IMG/VR virus record: IMGVR_UViG_3300012346_000561
Span: 78,358-142,357 of that record
Source of the DNA: a virus
Lineage: Duplodnaviria > Heunggongvirae > Uroviricota > Caudoviricetes
DNA length: 64,000 bases
Strand: one strand, 5' to 3'
The position numbers and the translations under genes are program-made. This document shows positions 56,323-64,000 of this stretch, piece by piece (within the stretch, counting starts at the first letter, position 1; every line of letters starts with the position of its first letter). The notes beneath the pieces are model-generated. The model had not been told where the DNA came from. It saw only the letters and a list, made by a program, of their open reading frames with translations, and made no database searches.

Positions 56323-58656
56323 TTAATGTCCATCTCTCCAGTTTAATGATATTTCTGGTGGTGCTTTTAGTGTTACTCCTTCCAGTTGTGTTGTTACTTC
56401 CATTATGTGCTGAATGATCGGAGCTAGTTCTTGTGCTCTGTCCTCAGGTACATTTATGATTAACTGGTCATGTACTTGTGCCTGCACTCTTCCGTCTACT
56501 CCTAACTCTCTTAACTTTCTATTAATTTGAACAGCAGCTCTGTTCACAACCGCTGCAGCTAGTGATTGCAGTTGGTAATTTAGACAGTTGTTTAATCCAT
56601 TTCGATAATCTCTATACATTTGAGTCACTGCCTCTTTTCCATATCTAGATTCTAAATCTTTTCTGAATCTCCAATCCATCAGCTGATCTCCATACTTTGA
56701 GAATACTTGTTTAACTTTTGGTAAGTGACGAATACGTCCTACTTTATTCTTAATGTATCCATTCTGCTTTACTTGATCTCTGGATTTTATTCTCCACTCT
56801 TTTAGTTGTGGGAATCCGTTAAGATATCCATCCACAAGTACTTCAGCTTCTTTCTGTGTAATGTTTAGAGTCTTTGCTAATGCGTAGGCTTCCATTCCGT
56901 ATGCAATTCCTAACGAGTAAGGCTTTGCTCTGTTACGTGCAGGTGCATCTAATTTCTTTAAATAATTAGGTGCTTTCTTATCTGATGATACTCCATCAGG
57001 GAATCTCACTTTGTCTTGTTCTAGCTTTTCTGTTTTGATTGCAACTGTAGAATAAAAATCCCAACCCTTGTTAAAGATCTCTTGTAGTGCAACGTCTCCT
57101 GTTACAGATGCGAAGCAGTGAGGTTCTAGTGATTCGTAATCGGCATCGATAATCTTTCTTCCAGGACCTGATGTAAGAAATGCTCGTACTAAGTTATTGT
57201 AGTGTACTACGATAGGTGCATCCTCTCCATCCTCTTTAGGTTTTGGTAATTGTTGAGCATCTGATCCGTATCGTCCTGATACTGTTCCATTCTGTTTGAA
57301 GTAGAAGTAGTACTTACCATCTTCCTCCCCATCAATGAACCTATCAACGTATGTTGATTTGATCTTAACAAGTTTATTGTAAATACGAAGATTCTCAGCC
57401 CACTCATATGTTTTTGAAAGCTCTTCCAACATGTCCATATCAAATTGATCTTGACCTTTGCTTGTTTGTGTTAGAGCTTTTATTCCCATATACTTGAATG
57501 CGATTTCTCCTAAGTGCTTCTTTGATTGAATGTTGAGATACTCTCCGTCATTCTCTTCTTTCCACATTGTCATAGAAATCTTAACAACTTCCATTTCGTC
57601 TAATAGAGAAAGTTCATTCGTTAATAGAAATTGCTTAACGTTGCTCTCTTCCAATGCTTCTACATCTTTTTTAGTCAGAGAATACTTACCTGTCTTTTCA
57701 CTTCGTGGTAATGGTAGTGAATGTAACATTACTAAGTTCTGAGCCCAGTTACCTTTGTTTGATGGTGGATAGTTGTACAATGCTGTATCGACTGCCCACT
57801 CTCTTGCTTCTGGAATTGCTAGGATACTTTTTACTACAATCTGTTTGTTTTTCTCTAGGTCATTTATAATATCCTCTCTGGTCTTGTTTAGTAAGTCCAT
57901 GTCAAGATCTACTCCTAGTTCTTCCATAGGAACAGTTACTTCTTTATAAAGAGGCATTACTTCTTCTTCAAAGAAGAATTGCTCCAACTCCTCCTCTTTA
58001 AGTTTCTGTAAGAAGTGGTAACATACTCTCAATGTTAAGTCGGTATCGGCAGATGCATACTTGGATAGAATGTCCATGTCTGCTTTGTAAATCTCAAAGT
58101 TATCCTTTGTAATTGATCCTCCATTTCTCTTTATGGATTCTTTCAGCTCAACCTGCTCTTTGTTGGCTGCTTCTTCTACATTCAATCCTATGTGTTGTTG
58201 AATTGAGATTGCCAAAGGCTTCAATCCAAACACTCCCATGCCAGCTCCTTCTTCTTGCACTGTATGAACAAGGAGAGCTGTATCTACCCAAAGATCTTCT
58301 AATAAAGATACTCCGTAATAGTTCTTGGTAAAACGGCAGTCGAAAGAAGCATTGTGCATTACTAGTTTCTTACCCTTAAGCAGCGGGAGTAACTTTTTAG
58401 TAATGTCATGTGCTCCTTTGCCGCCAATGATGCATTCTTCTAGTTGATTAGTCTGTGCGTTCCATTTCTGAGTTGGAAGATAAAATCCCATTCCTGTGTC
58501 TCCTGACACTGACCATCCTACTATTGTTCCTTTTCTTGGATTAAGACTGTCTGTCTCAGTATCGTATGCAATGACCTGTGACTGGTTGATATGTTCAATT
58601 AATAGATTTACAGTCTCTATATTGTCAACGTGGTAGTACTTTTTTTCTATTTGCAT
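56323..58656 (-). CDS. family A DNA polymerase (Pol I-like) with 3'-5' exonuclease domain
   Basis: Exo I VIAYDTETDSL; motif A DADYESLEPHCF; motif B RNRAKPYSLGIAYGM; motif C QVHDQLII. Confidence 0.85.
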   Translation of the reverse strand: MQIEKKYYHVDNIETVNLLIEHINQSQVIAYDTETDSLNPRKGTIVGWSVSGDTGMGFYLPTQKWNAQTNQLEECIIGGKGAHDITKKLLPLLKGKKLVMHNASFDCRFTKNYYGVSLLEDLWVDTALLVHTVQEEGAGMGVFGLKPLAISIQQHIGLNVEEAANKEQVELKESIKRNGGSITKDNFEIYKADMDILSKYASADTDLTLRVCYHFLQKLKEEELEQFFFEEEVMPLYKEVTVPMEELGVDLDMDLLNKTREDIINDLEKNKQIVVKSILAIPEAREWAVDTALYNYPPSNKGNWAQNLVMLHSLPLPRSEKTGKYSLTKKDVEALEESNVKQFLLTNELSLLDEMEVVKISMTMWKEENDGEYLNIQSKKHLGEIAFKYMGIKALTQTSKGQDQFDMDMLEELSKTYEWAENLRIYNKLVKIKSTYVDRFIDGEEDGKYYFYFKQNGTVSGRYGSDAQQLPKPKEDGEDAPIVVHYNNLVRAFLTSGPGRKIIDADYESLEPHCFASVTGDVALQEIFNKGWDFYSTVAIKTEKLEQDKVRFPDGVSSDKKAPNYLKKLDAPARNRAKPYSLGIAYGMEAYALAKTLNITQKEAEVLVDGYLNGFPQLKEWRIKSRDQVKQNGYIKNKVGRIRHLPKVKQVFSKYGDQLMDWRFRKDLESRYGKEAVTQMYRDYRNGLNNCLNYQLQSLAAAVVNRAAVQINRKLRELGVDGRVQAQVHDQLIINVPEDRAQELAPIIQHIMEVTTQLEGVTLKAPPEISLNWRDGH

Positions 58657-59156
58657 GAAATGTATTTTTTACTAAATTTATACTGAGCTAATTCTTCAAA
58701 GGAGTTTAGCTCTACTCCCCATTCTCCGTTTGTAAATTTACTCCTTTTGAAAGTAGGGTCTGCTGAAAACTCTACTACTTGGTTACCATTCCTGTACCAT
58801 TCCCAGAACACAAAGTATCTAACTGTGTCTCTTTGTGGATCGTAAGTTATAACTCTAAGAGTATGTTTGTTCTTTATTCCTCTCACTACAATTCTCCCTT
58901 TAGGTCCTTGGGATACTCTGTAGTTTACTGTTGTACTCTTTGCATCACTGAAGTCTGTGAAGTCCCAATTGTCCTGACTATCCATTTCATATAATCCATT
59001 AGAGTTTCTAGCCATTGCTAGTTCTACTAAACGATCTCTTTGGTACATTCCATCTTCAATCATTTCATCACAGAAAGTGTAGGTGGTAGGAAGATAGGGA
59101 CTAATGTGGTGTAAAATTTTCTTATCAAACTTTACCGTGTGATCTGTTGTTGCCAT
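58647..59156 (-). CDS. hypothetical protein
   Basis: 169 aa; promoter cassette upstream. Confidence 0.4.
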   Translation of the reverse strand: MATTDHTVKFDKKILHHISPYLPTTYTFCDEMIEDGMYQRDRLVELAMARNSNGLYEMDSQDNWDFTDFSDAKSTTVNYRVSQGPKGRIVVRGIKNKHTLRVITYDPQRDTVRYFVFWEWYRNGNQVVEFSADPTFKRSKFTNGEWGVELNSFEELAQYKFSKKYISCK

Positions 59157-59215
59157 AACCTTTATTTGTTTTTATGAAGATACAAAAAGAGTCACAGCTA
59201 TGCAACTCTTTTCAT
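59157..59215 (-). promoter_or_regulatory. promoter (AGTTGCATAG -33 type)
   Basis: GAGTTGCATAGCTGTGACTCTTTTTGTATCTTCATAAAAACAAATAAAGGTT-ATG. Confidence 0.4.
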
Positions 59216-59233
59216 ACTTTTATTTTATTTTTT

Positions 59234-59407
59234 TTAATCTTGCTGGTCAAGTGCATCGAAGAGATTTCTCTGTAAACCTTCTACCGTGTCAAGTATGTTG
59301 ATCGTTGCAACCTCTTGTACAGCTGTTAATGCTAAGTGTAGTGGTACCATTTGTACCCCATCAATGTCCTGTGCAGCTGATTGTAATTCTTTTACTATTT
59401 CTTCCAT
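59234..59407 (-). CDS. small hypothetical acidic protein, 57 aa (not in ORF track)
   Basis: ATG 59405-59407 ... TAA 59234-59236; MEEIVKELQSAAQDIDGVQMVPLHLALTAVQEVATINILDTVEGLQRNLFDALDQQD. Confidence 0.3.
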   Translation of the reverse strand: MEEIVKELQSAAQDIDGVQMVPLHLALTAVQEVATINILDTVEGLQRNLFDALDQQD

Positions 59408-59415
59408 GCTGTTGT

Positions 59416-60192
59416 TTAGTGTGCTTGGTTAGTTAAGAACTTTACATTACTTTCTACAAGATTCATATTGACATTTGACATATCGAACGTCTCTAAGAAG
59501 TTATGTGGAGTTGGAGTACGTGTTGTATGGTCTACTGCAAAATCCTGTCCTAGAGATGCTGCAAATACTGGATACACTGAATCTGTACTTCTCATCATTG
59601 GATGGTCGTAATATGCAAACTCTGTTGGATCTCCTTGCCCTAAACAGTGAATAGGTTTAACCAAAAATCCTTGCTCTTTCAAGTAGTCGTAAGCCATGTG
59701 ACGTGCTTCTTTAATTCCCTGATCGTCTTTGAAGTCTTCTAGGAATGCATTTGGTACTGCTATCTTAGAAAATCCTATAACGTCAATCCAAGATTGATTT
59801 ATTGCCCAGTTGTATGCATTTAGCCATGCTTCTTTGGTTTCTCCTTGTGGACAGAAAAAGATATCAATCGTTCCCAATAATCCTTCTTCTTCCATACGAT
59901 CTCTAAACATTCTTGCATTGTAGATTGTTTCCTCTTTGTTGAATAAAACATCTGGTGCAATTACTTCGTCAGGCATTAACTCTCTACAGATCTCAATTAA
60001 GATATCCTCTGTTACTAATGCTCTTTCAGCTGCTGAGTTGTCGAGTGTTATGAATTTACCTTGCTCTTTTTGATCTAAGATAAACGCTCTGTACTCAGGA
60101 AACTGAACCCATAAGTGAGCCAATGCGAAGATACGATCTCCCAACTTCATTGGCTCTAAGTTACTTACTGGTGATATTACGTAGATGTCCAT
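59416..60192 (-). CDS. candidate DpdA-like (tRNA-guanine-transglycosylase-fold) DNA 7-deazaguanine transglycosylase - uncertain
   Basis: 258 aa; placed directly downstream of folE in a deazapurine-type module; no zinc motif recognised; assignment by context only. Confidence 0.3.
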   Translation of the reverse strand: MDIYVISPVSNLEPMKLGDRIFALAHLWVQFPEYRAFILDQKEQGKFITLDNSAAERALVTEDILIEICRELMPDEVIAPDVLFNKEETIYNARMFRDRMEEEGLLGTIDIFFCPQGETKEAWLNAYNWAINQSWIDVIGFSKIAVPNAFLEDFKDDQGIKEARHMAYDYLKEQGFLVKPIHCLGQGDPTEFAYYDHPMMRSTDSVYPVFAASLGQDFAVDHTTRTPTPHNFLETFDMSNVNMNLVESNVKFLTNQAH

Positions 60193-60193
60193 C

Positions 60194-60835
60194 TTAGTAA
60201 CGGCTTTGATCGATTAAGTTAAAGAACTCAGCTCTTGTACCAATTTCATTTGTATGGAAGTATCCTGACATTTGTGATGTCTTCATAACTGAGTCATGTT
60301 TAACTCCTCTACATTTTACACAATTGTGTTGAGATTCAATTACAACTGCTACTCCTCTATTTCCTATACAAAGTCTGTCGATGTGATCATGAATCTGTTT
60401 AGTCAAACTTTCTTGAATGTTTGGTCTACGAGAATAGAAATCTACAATACGATTCAACTTACTTAAACCAACAACCAAGTCAGTCTTCTCTTTACCTGCA
60501 ATGTATGCTACGTGAGCTACTCCTGAGAAGGTTAAGTTGTGATGTGCACACATACTCATTACTGGTATACGTGTTTGGCAGATTAATCCTGTGTATCCTT
60601 CATCATTTGGAAATGCTGTTACTTCTGGCTCTGGACTGATTGATCCTGCGATCAAGTCATTAACCCATGCTTTCGCTACACGATGTGGTGTACGATCACT
60701 ATGTGGATCTGCTTTCCAATCAAATCCTAATGCTGTTAAGAACTCACCGTAATACTTTGCAGCTTGTTCGATCATTTGTTGTTTCTCCTCAGACGTACGA
60801 GGTAAATTGCCATTGGCTTTTTTAAGTAATTCCAT
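60194..60835 (-). CDS. folE: GTP cyclohydrolase I (FolE)
   Basis: TPHRVAKAW..., catalytic C-x-H-H block (SMCAHHNLTF), ~213 aa. Confidence 0.75.
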   Translation of the reverse strand: MELLKKANGNLPRTSEEKQQMIEQAAKYYGEFLTALGFDWKADPHSDRTPHRVAKAWVNDLIAGSISPEPEVTAFPNDEGYTGLICQTRIPVMSMCAHHNLTFSGVAHVAYIAGKEKTDLVVGLSKLNRIVDFYSRRPNIQESLTKQIHDHIDRLCIGNRGVAVVIESQHNCVKCRGVKHDSVMKTSQMSGYFHTNEIGTRAEFFNLIDQSRY

Positions 60836-60839
60836 ATAA

Positions 60840-61310
60840 TTATATTTTCTTTTGTTCTTTTAATATACTAAATAATTCTGATAATCCCAACATATTATCT
60901 CTTTTTTCTGCCTCTTCGAATGTTAAAGTATCTTTAGGATCTTTACGAGCTTCAAATCTTCTTTTACGTTCATCTCTGTCAACCTCTAGCCACAGGTACT
61001 CTACTTGAATGTTTGGGTTTGTTGTAGCTATCCACTGCTCTATTTGAGCAAGTATTGAGTGTTGTCTTATTCCATCAACAACAACGTATTGTGGAAGTAT
61101 GTCTAAGAAGTTCTGCATGTTGTCGATCTCCTCAATAATTTCATCTGCAATTACTTTGTCTAAGTGCTTTGAATTCTGAAGCACCTCTCTGTCTTCTGAT
61201 TGCATTAATCTCTTTACCACATTTGATACTGTGATCTTAATTGTCTGCTGTCCTAGATCAAGTGTACTCTTGCCTGAACATATCTCTCCAAATAAAAATA
61301 GTACTTTCAT
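60840..61310 (-). CDS. P-loop nucleotide/deoxynucleotide kinase
   Basis: Walker A GEICSGKST; 156 aa, T4 gp1-like size. Confidence 0.5.
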   Translation of the reverse strand: MKVLFLFGEICSGKSTLDLGQQTIKITVSNVVKRLMQSEDREVLQNSKHLDKVIADEIIEEIDNMQNFLDILPQYVVVDGIRQHSILAQIEQWIATTNPNIQVEYLWLEVDRDERKRRFEARKDPKDTLTFEEAEKRDNMLGLSELFSILKEQKKI

Positions 61311-61666
61311 TATAACCTCTCTACTCTAGCTCCGTTTTCCATATCTTCCCAAACTTCAACCCATTCAGCATCGAATCTCTCTAATACCTCTCTTCCAAGC
61401 ATTTCACATGATCTTGAACCAAATTCACAAGTTCTTGTAGATTCTGCGTAGTAATTGTCTTGTAAGTATGCAAGTACATCTCTCTTCAGCATGATGAATT
61501 CTTTATCCCTATCATCATGGTGAACCTCACATGCTACTGTGAAGTGGAACATATGTCTGTGTCTGTCAGCTAGAAAGTCTACTTCTGGAAATAAGTCTGC
61601 TGCTTTAGGAAAGTTGTGACAACCATCCACTGCTAATTTTACTATAACCGTTGTTTTTGTTTTCAT
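61310..61666 (-). CDS. QueD-like 6-carboxytetrahydropterin synthase (tentative)
   Basis: 118 aa; C-x4..R-H-R-H-x-F-H-F resembles QueD C...H-G-H-x-F zinc motif; context next to folE. Confidence 0.35.
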   Translation of the reverse strand: MKTKTTVIVKLAVDGCHNFPKAADLFPEVDFLADRHRHMFHFTVACEVHHDDRDKEFIMLKRDVLAYLQDNYYAESTRTCEFGSRSCEMLGREVLERFDAEWVEVWEDMENGARVERL

Positions 61667-61667
61667 A

Positions 61668-62147
61668 TTACTTTACGTCTTTAGTTCCTTGCCACTGACC
61701 ATCATACAACTCTGCTTCATTATTATCGAAGATAATAATCTGAGCCACTCTTGCTCCCTTCTCAATAGTGATTGGTTGTGTTGCAATTAATACTCCACCC
61801 ATCTCATCTACTTCAAATCCTGGATCATATACTCCTGATGTGATAATTGCTCCACATCTTAATATGCTTGATCTGTGTCTAATGAAAGCTGTTTTGTTAC
61901 TTGGAAGTTTTACTCCTTGCTCAAATGTTAAGCTGTAGCTTCCTGGTTCTAATCTGAAACGTGTCTTGCCTTCGAGTTCATAGGAAGGTACTTCGTTGTA
62001 CGAGTCCACTATAGTTTTATCACATAAAACTGATCCTCCATTGATTGTTTTAACTTCTTTAAGAGTTAAATCATAACCCACTTGAGCCTTTGCTCCTTTG
62101 TCATTTGTTGTAAGTAATTGTAGTACTTGATCTGCGTTGTTTAACAT
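61668..62147 (-). CDS. dCTP deaminase / dUTPase-superfamily enzyme
   Basis: GYDL motif (QVGYDLTL) and IRHRSSILRCG matching dCTP deaminase R-S-S-x-x-R-x-G motif. Confidence 0.6.
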   Translation of the reverse strand: MLNNADQVLQLLTTNDKGAKAQVGYDLTLKEVKTINGGSVLCDKTIVDSYNEVPSYELEGKTRFRLEPGSYSLTFEQGVKLPSNKTAFIRHRSSILRCGAIITSGVYDPGFEVDEMGGVLIATQPITIEKGARVAQIIIFDNNEAELYDGQWQGTKDVK

Positions 62148-62202
62148 ATAACTTTATTTTTTATTAATATACAAAGAAGCCTCCGAAGAGGCAACTTTTT
62201 AT
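62148..62202 (-). promoter_or_regulatory. class-2 promoter cassette with GCCTCCGAAGAGGC hairpin
   Basis: AAAAAGTTGCCTCTTCGGAGGCTTCTTTGTATATTAATAAAAAATAAAGTT-ATATG. Confidence 0.45.
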
Positions 62203-62399
62203 TCAATTATTTTTATAATCTTTGTTTGAGCTACTCTGATTACCTCAAAGTTAGACTCTCCTTCAAACTCTTTATAGATTTTTGCTTCTGCTTCTGTTGC
62301 TGAAACTGCATCTACTATGTACTGCTCGTTTACTCGTTGTACTTTACCTTTGTCCGTTTCATGTTGTAACTGTACTGTTACTTGCCAATAGTTGTTCAT
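62199..62399 (-). CDS. hypothetical protein
   Basis: 66 aa. Confidence 0.4.
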   Translation of the reverse strand: MNNYWQVTVQLQHETDKGKVQRVNEQYIVDAVSATEAEAKIYKEFEGESNFEVIRVAQTKIIKIIE

Positions 62400-62419
62400 A
62401 TTAATTCTGTTTTTGTGTT

Positions 62420-62815
62420 TTACTTTTTTAAATAATCTTGAATACTTTCTGAGTCATTTCTTTCCCAAGGATATACAAGCCACTCTGTTCCTACCTCTTT
62501 TGAGTAGAAGTCAGGAGTAAATACTGCTGTTGGCTTGTAGTGAAGCGTTGCAGTATACATTCCTATAGTATTTTTTAATGTCTCTCCTGTATCACAAATG
62601 TCATCTACAACAAGAGTGTCTTTGTTTATTCTGCTTACATATGGGATGTGCAGCTTGTGAGAGATCATTACTGCTGGGATTAGCCCTCCTCTTTGGATAC
62701 CTGTTATCGATTTGATTTGCACTCCTGATGAAACTATTGTGTGACATAAATCCTCTACTAAGATGTTAATGTCATCCCAACTTAAATAAACTTTATTTCC
62801 TATTTTTAGTGCCAT
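62420..62815 (-). CDS. purine phosphoribosyltransferase, xanthine-guanine PRT (Gpt)-like
   Basis: PRPP-binding VVDDICDTGET; IQRGGLIPAVMIS and WLVYPWE match Gpt blocks. Confidence 0.65.
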   Translation of the reverse strand: MALKIGNKVYLSWDDINILVEDLCHTIVSSGVQIKSITGIQRGGLIPAVMISHKLHIPYVSRINKDTLVVDDICDTGETLKNTIGMYTATLHYKPTAVFTPDFYSKEVGTEWLVYPWERNDSESIQDYLKK

Positions 62816-62817
62816 AA

Positions 62818-63402
62818 TTAGTTAAGTTTTACTTGATAATCTACAAACGTTGCTTTCTTTGGTGCTTCGTTTAGGAAATAGAAAGCAAGTGTTTTATTTT
62901 TAGTTTTGATAATTTTATAGAAAGCTGTAGGGATAGCTGCACCTCCAGGTACTCTTTTAGGAGTCTTATCAAATACTATTCTTATTTCTACATTAACTGG
63001 TCCTTCTGAAAAGGCTAAAAGTCTTTCATAGTCTTCTAATAGTCTCCAATGAACTCTATTTAGTCTTTCATGTTGAAGAGTGCAGTTTAAATACGAGAAT
63101 GTTTTAAGTAACATTTCTCTAGTACAGTTAAAGTCTGCTGCTGGTGCGCAGTGACCTTTGTCGTATACATTACTTACATAATCCTTTGCGTCTGAGGTGT
63201 GGATTGTTTTATCTACGTAAAAGTCCATTCCTGTTCTAGATGCTCCTGCTCCTGTGCATGCTACTTGGTACTTTACCCATAGTGGCTGCTCCAGTGTCTC
63301 TGAATACATTACCTCGTATATGTCTGTCTTTACGTATACACTATCTCTTAATTGTCCGAAAGATAGTAATGGTAATAAAAGTAGTAATAAAAACTTTTTC
63401 AT
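62818..63402 (-). CDS. secreted DNA/RNA non-specific endonuclease (Serratia NucA family)
   Basis: signal peptide MKKFLLLLLLPLLSFGQ; active-site block DKGHCAPAADF (D-R/K-G-H motif). Confidence 0.65.
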   Translation of the reverse strand: MKKFLLLLLLPLLSFGQLRDSVYVKTDIYEVMYSETLEQPLWVKYQVACTGAGASRTGMDFYVDKTIHTSDAKDYVSNVYDKGHCAPAADFNCTREMLLKTFSYLNCTLQHERLNRVHWRLLEDYERLLAFSEGPVNVEIRIVFDKTPKRVPGGAAIPTAFYKIIKTKNKTLAFYFLNEAPKKATFVDYQVKLN

Positions 63403-63403
63403 A

Positions 63404-63697
63404 TTAGATTCTTGCGATTGTGATTCCTTCCACGTCTACAATTTCTAACTCTGCAAAAATTTGACCTGCCGGTGCTTCTGGATCTGTTGACTCCAGTACG
63501 TAGTTTACTAATTCTTCGACAGATACTTTATCTTTGAATCCTGTCTTACCTGAGTCACTTGGTATTAGTACTAGCTCCAAATTAAGGTCTTGATTGAATT
63601 GTAACTTGTAATCCCAAATGTAAAGTCCATCTGCTTTTGGATATGATTTCGATAACTCTCTGTCTCCTGCTAAATCGATTAGATCTTTCAATGTCAT
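63404..63697 (-). CDS. hypothetical protein
   Basis: 97 aa. Confidence 0.4.
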   Translation of the reverse strand: MTLKDLIDLAGDRELSKSYPKADGLYIWDYKLQFNQDLNLELVLIPSDSGKTGFKDKVSVEELVNYVLESTDPEAPAGQIFAELEIVDVEGITIARI

Positions 63698-63708
63698 AAC
63701 TTTGTTTT

Positions 63709-63897
63709 TTATTTAATTGTATATTTAATTTTTCCGTCTGGTGTTTGTGCTGTGATTTCTCCATTTGTTAGTACTGTTAGTGCTAAGTCGTAGTTCTCGT
63801 TTAGCATATTTATAACCTGTACTGTATCAATATCTTTACTTTTCCACAGTGTGTGAAGAACTCTCAGTGTCTCAAATTCTGTTGCTTTACCTACCAT
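63709..63897 (-). CDS. hypothetical protein
   Basis: 62 aa. Confidence 0.4.
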   Translation of the reverse strand: MVGKATEFETLRVLHTLWKSKDIDTVQVINMLNENYDLALTVLTNGEITAQTPDGKIKYTIK

Positions 63898-64000
63898 TAG
63901 ACCTCTCTTTGATCTTCAAATGCAATGATGTGAGGTCTCCAAGTTAATCTATAACCATTATCTCTAACCCAATCAAACATTTTAGGATATGATTTGAACA
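63897..64000 (-). CDS. 3' end of a gene whose start lies beyond the window
   Basis: open frame ...MFDWVRDNGYRLTWRPHIIAFEDQREV-stop, TAATG overlap with next gene. Confidence 0.3.
   Translation of the reverse strand, partial: FKSYPKMFDWVRDNGYRLTWRPHIIAFEDQREV

Noticed and set aside
61310-61666. Confident QueD and DpdA assignments
   Set aside because: Motif matches are partial (no canonical C-x-x-x-H-G-H; no TGT zinc site); kept as low-confidence calls pending profile searches.

Overview
AT-rich, very gene-dense window in which essentially every credible gene is on the minus strand; the plus-strand ORFs in the track are mirror-frame artefacts. It reads as part of a large virulent-type tailed phage (myovirus-like baseplate genes) that infects a Bacteroidetes host. 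Three observations support the host call: (1) a repeated promoter of the Bacteroidetes sigma-A type (AGTTGC -33, about 20-nt spacer, TAnnTTTAGG -7) and no Shine-Dalgarno sequences; (2) lipoprotein-type signal peptides (MKKFLLLLL...FSC / ...SFGQ); (3) a 57-aa Bacteroidetes histone-H1-like ORF.

Reading from high to low coordinates (the direction of transcription):
- 63.9-59.4 kb: a nucleotide/DNA-modification module. It contains a secreted Serratia-family nuclease, a Gpt-like phosphoribosyltransferase, a dCTP-deaminase-like protein, a QueD-like protein, a P-loop kinase, GTP cyclohydrolase I (FolE) and a possible DpdA-like protein. This composition suggests a 7-deazaguanine DNA-modification pathway.
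- 58.7-53.5 kb: a family A DNA polymerase, then Hsp20, GroES and GroEL.
- 52-50 kb: the lysis cassette (GH19 endolysin, holin, spanin-like ORFs) and a Cas4-like nuclease.
- 48.8-38.2 kb: an 11-gene glycosyltransferase, methyltransferase and acyltransferase island.
- 38-27 kb and 26-21.5 kb: two blocks of small early-type genes, each gene preceded by a near-identical promoter cassette (about 65 bp).
- 26.1-27.4 kb: a roughly 1.2-kb non-coding hub. It contains 15 + 6 copies of a strictly 12-bp-phased CGGTT repeat flanking an AT-rich tract. This is a candidate replication origin or centromere-like site.
- 20-17 kb: a T5orf172 protein, a lipoprotein, an HD hydrolase and a phage sigma factor.
- 17-0.7 kb: the tail/baseplate module. 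It includes gp25 (W)-like and gp6 (J)-like proteins, a 1382-aa protein ending in a Hint/intein-like autoprocessing domain, tandem paralogous fibre genes and a fibre built from NTAVG repeats.
- 1-438: a GIY-YIG homing endonuclease that runs off the window edge.

No rRNA, tRNA, CRISPR array or transposon could be supported.
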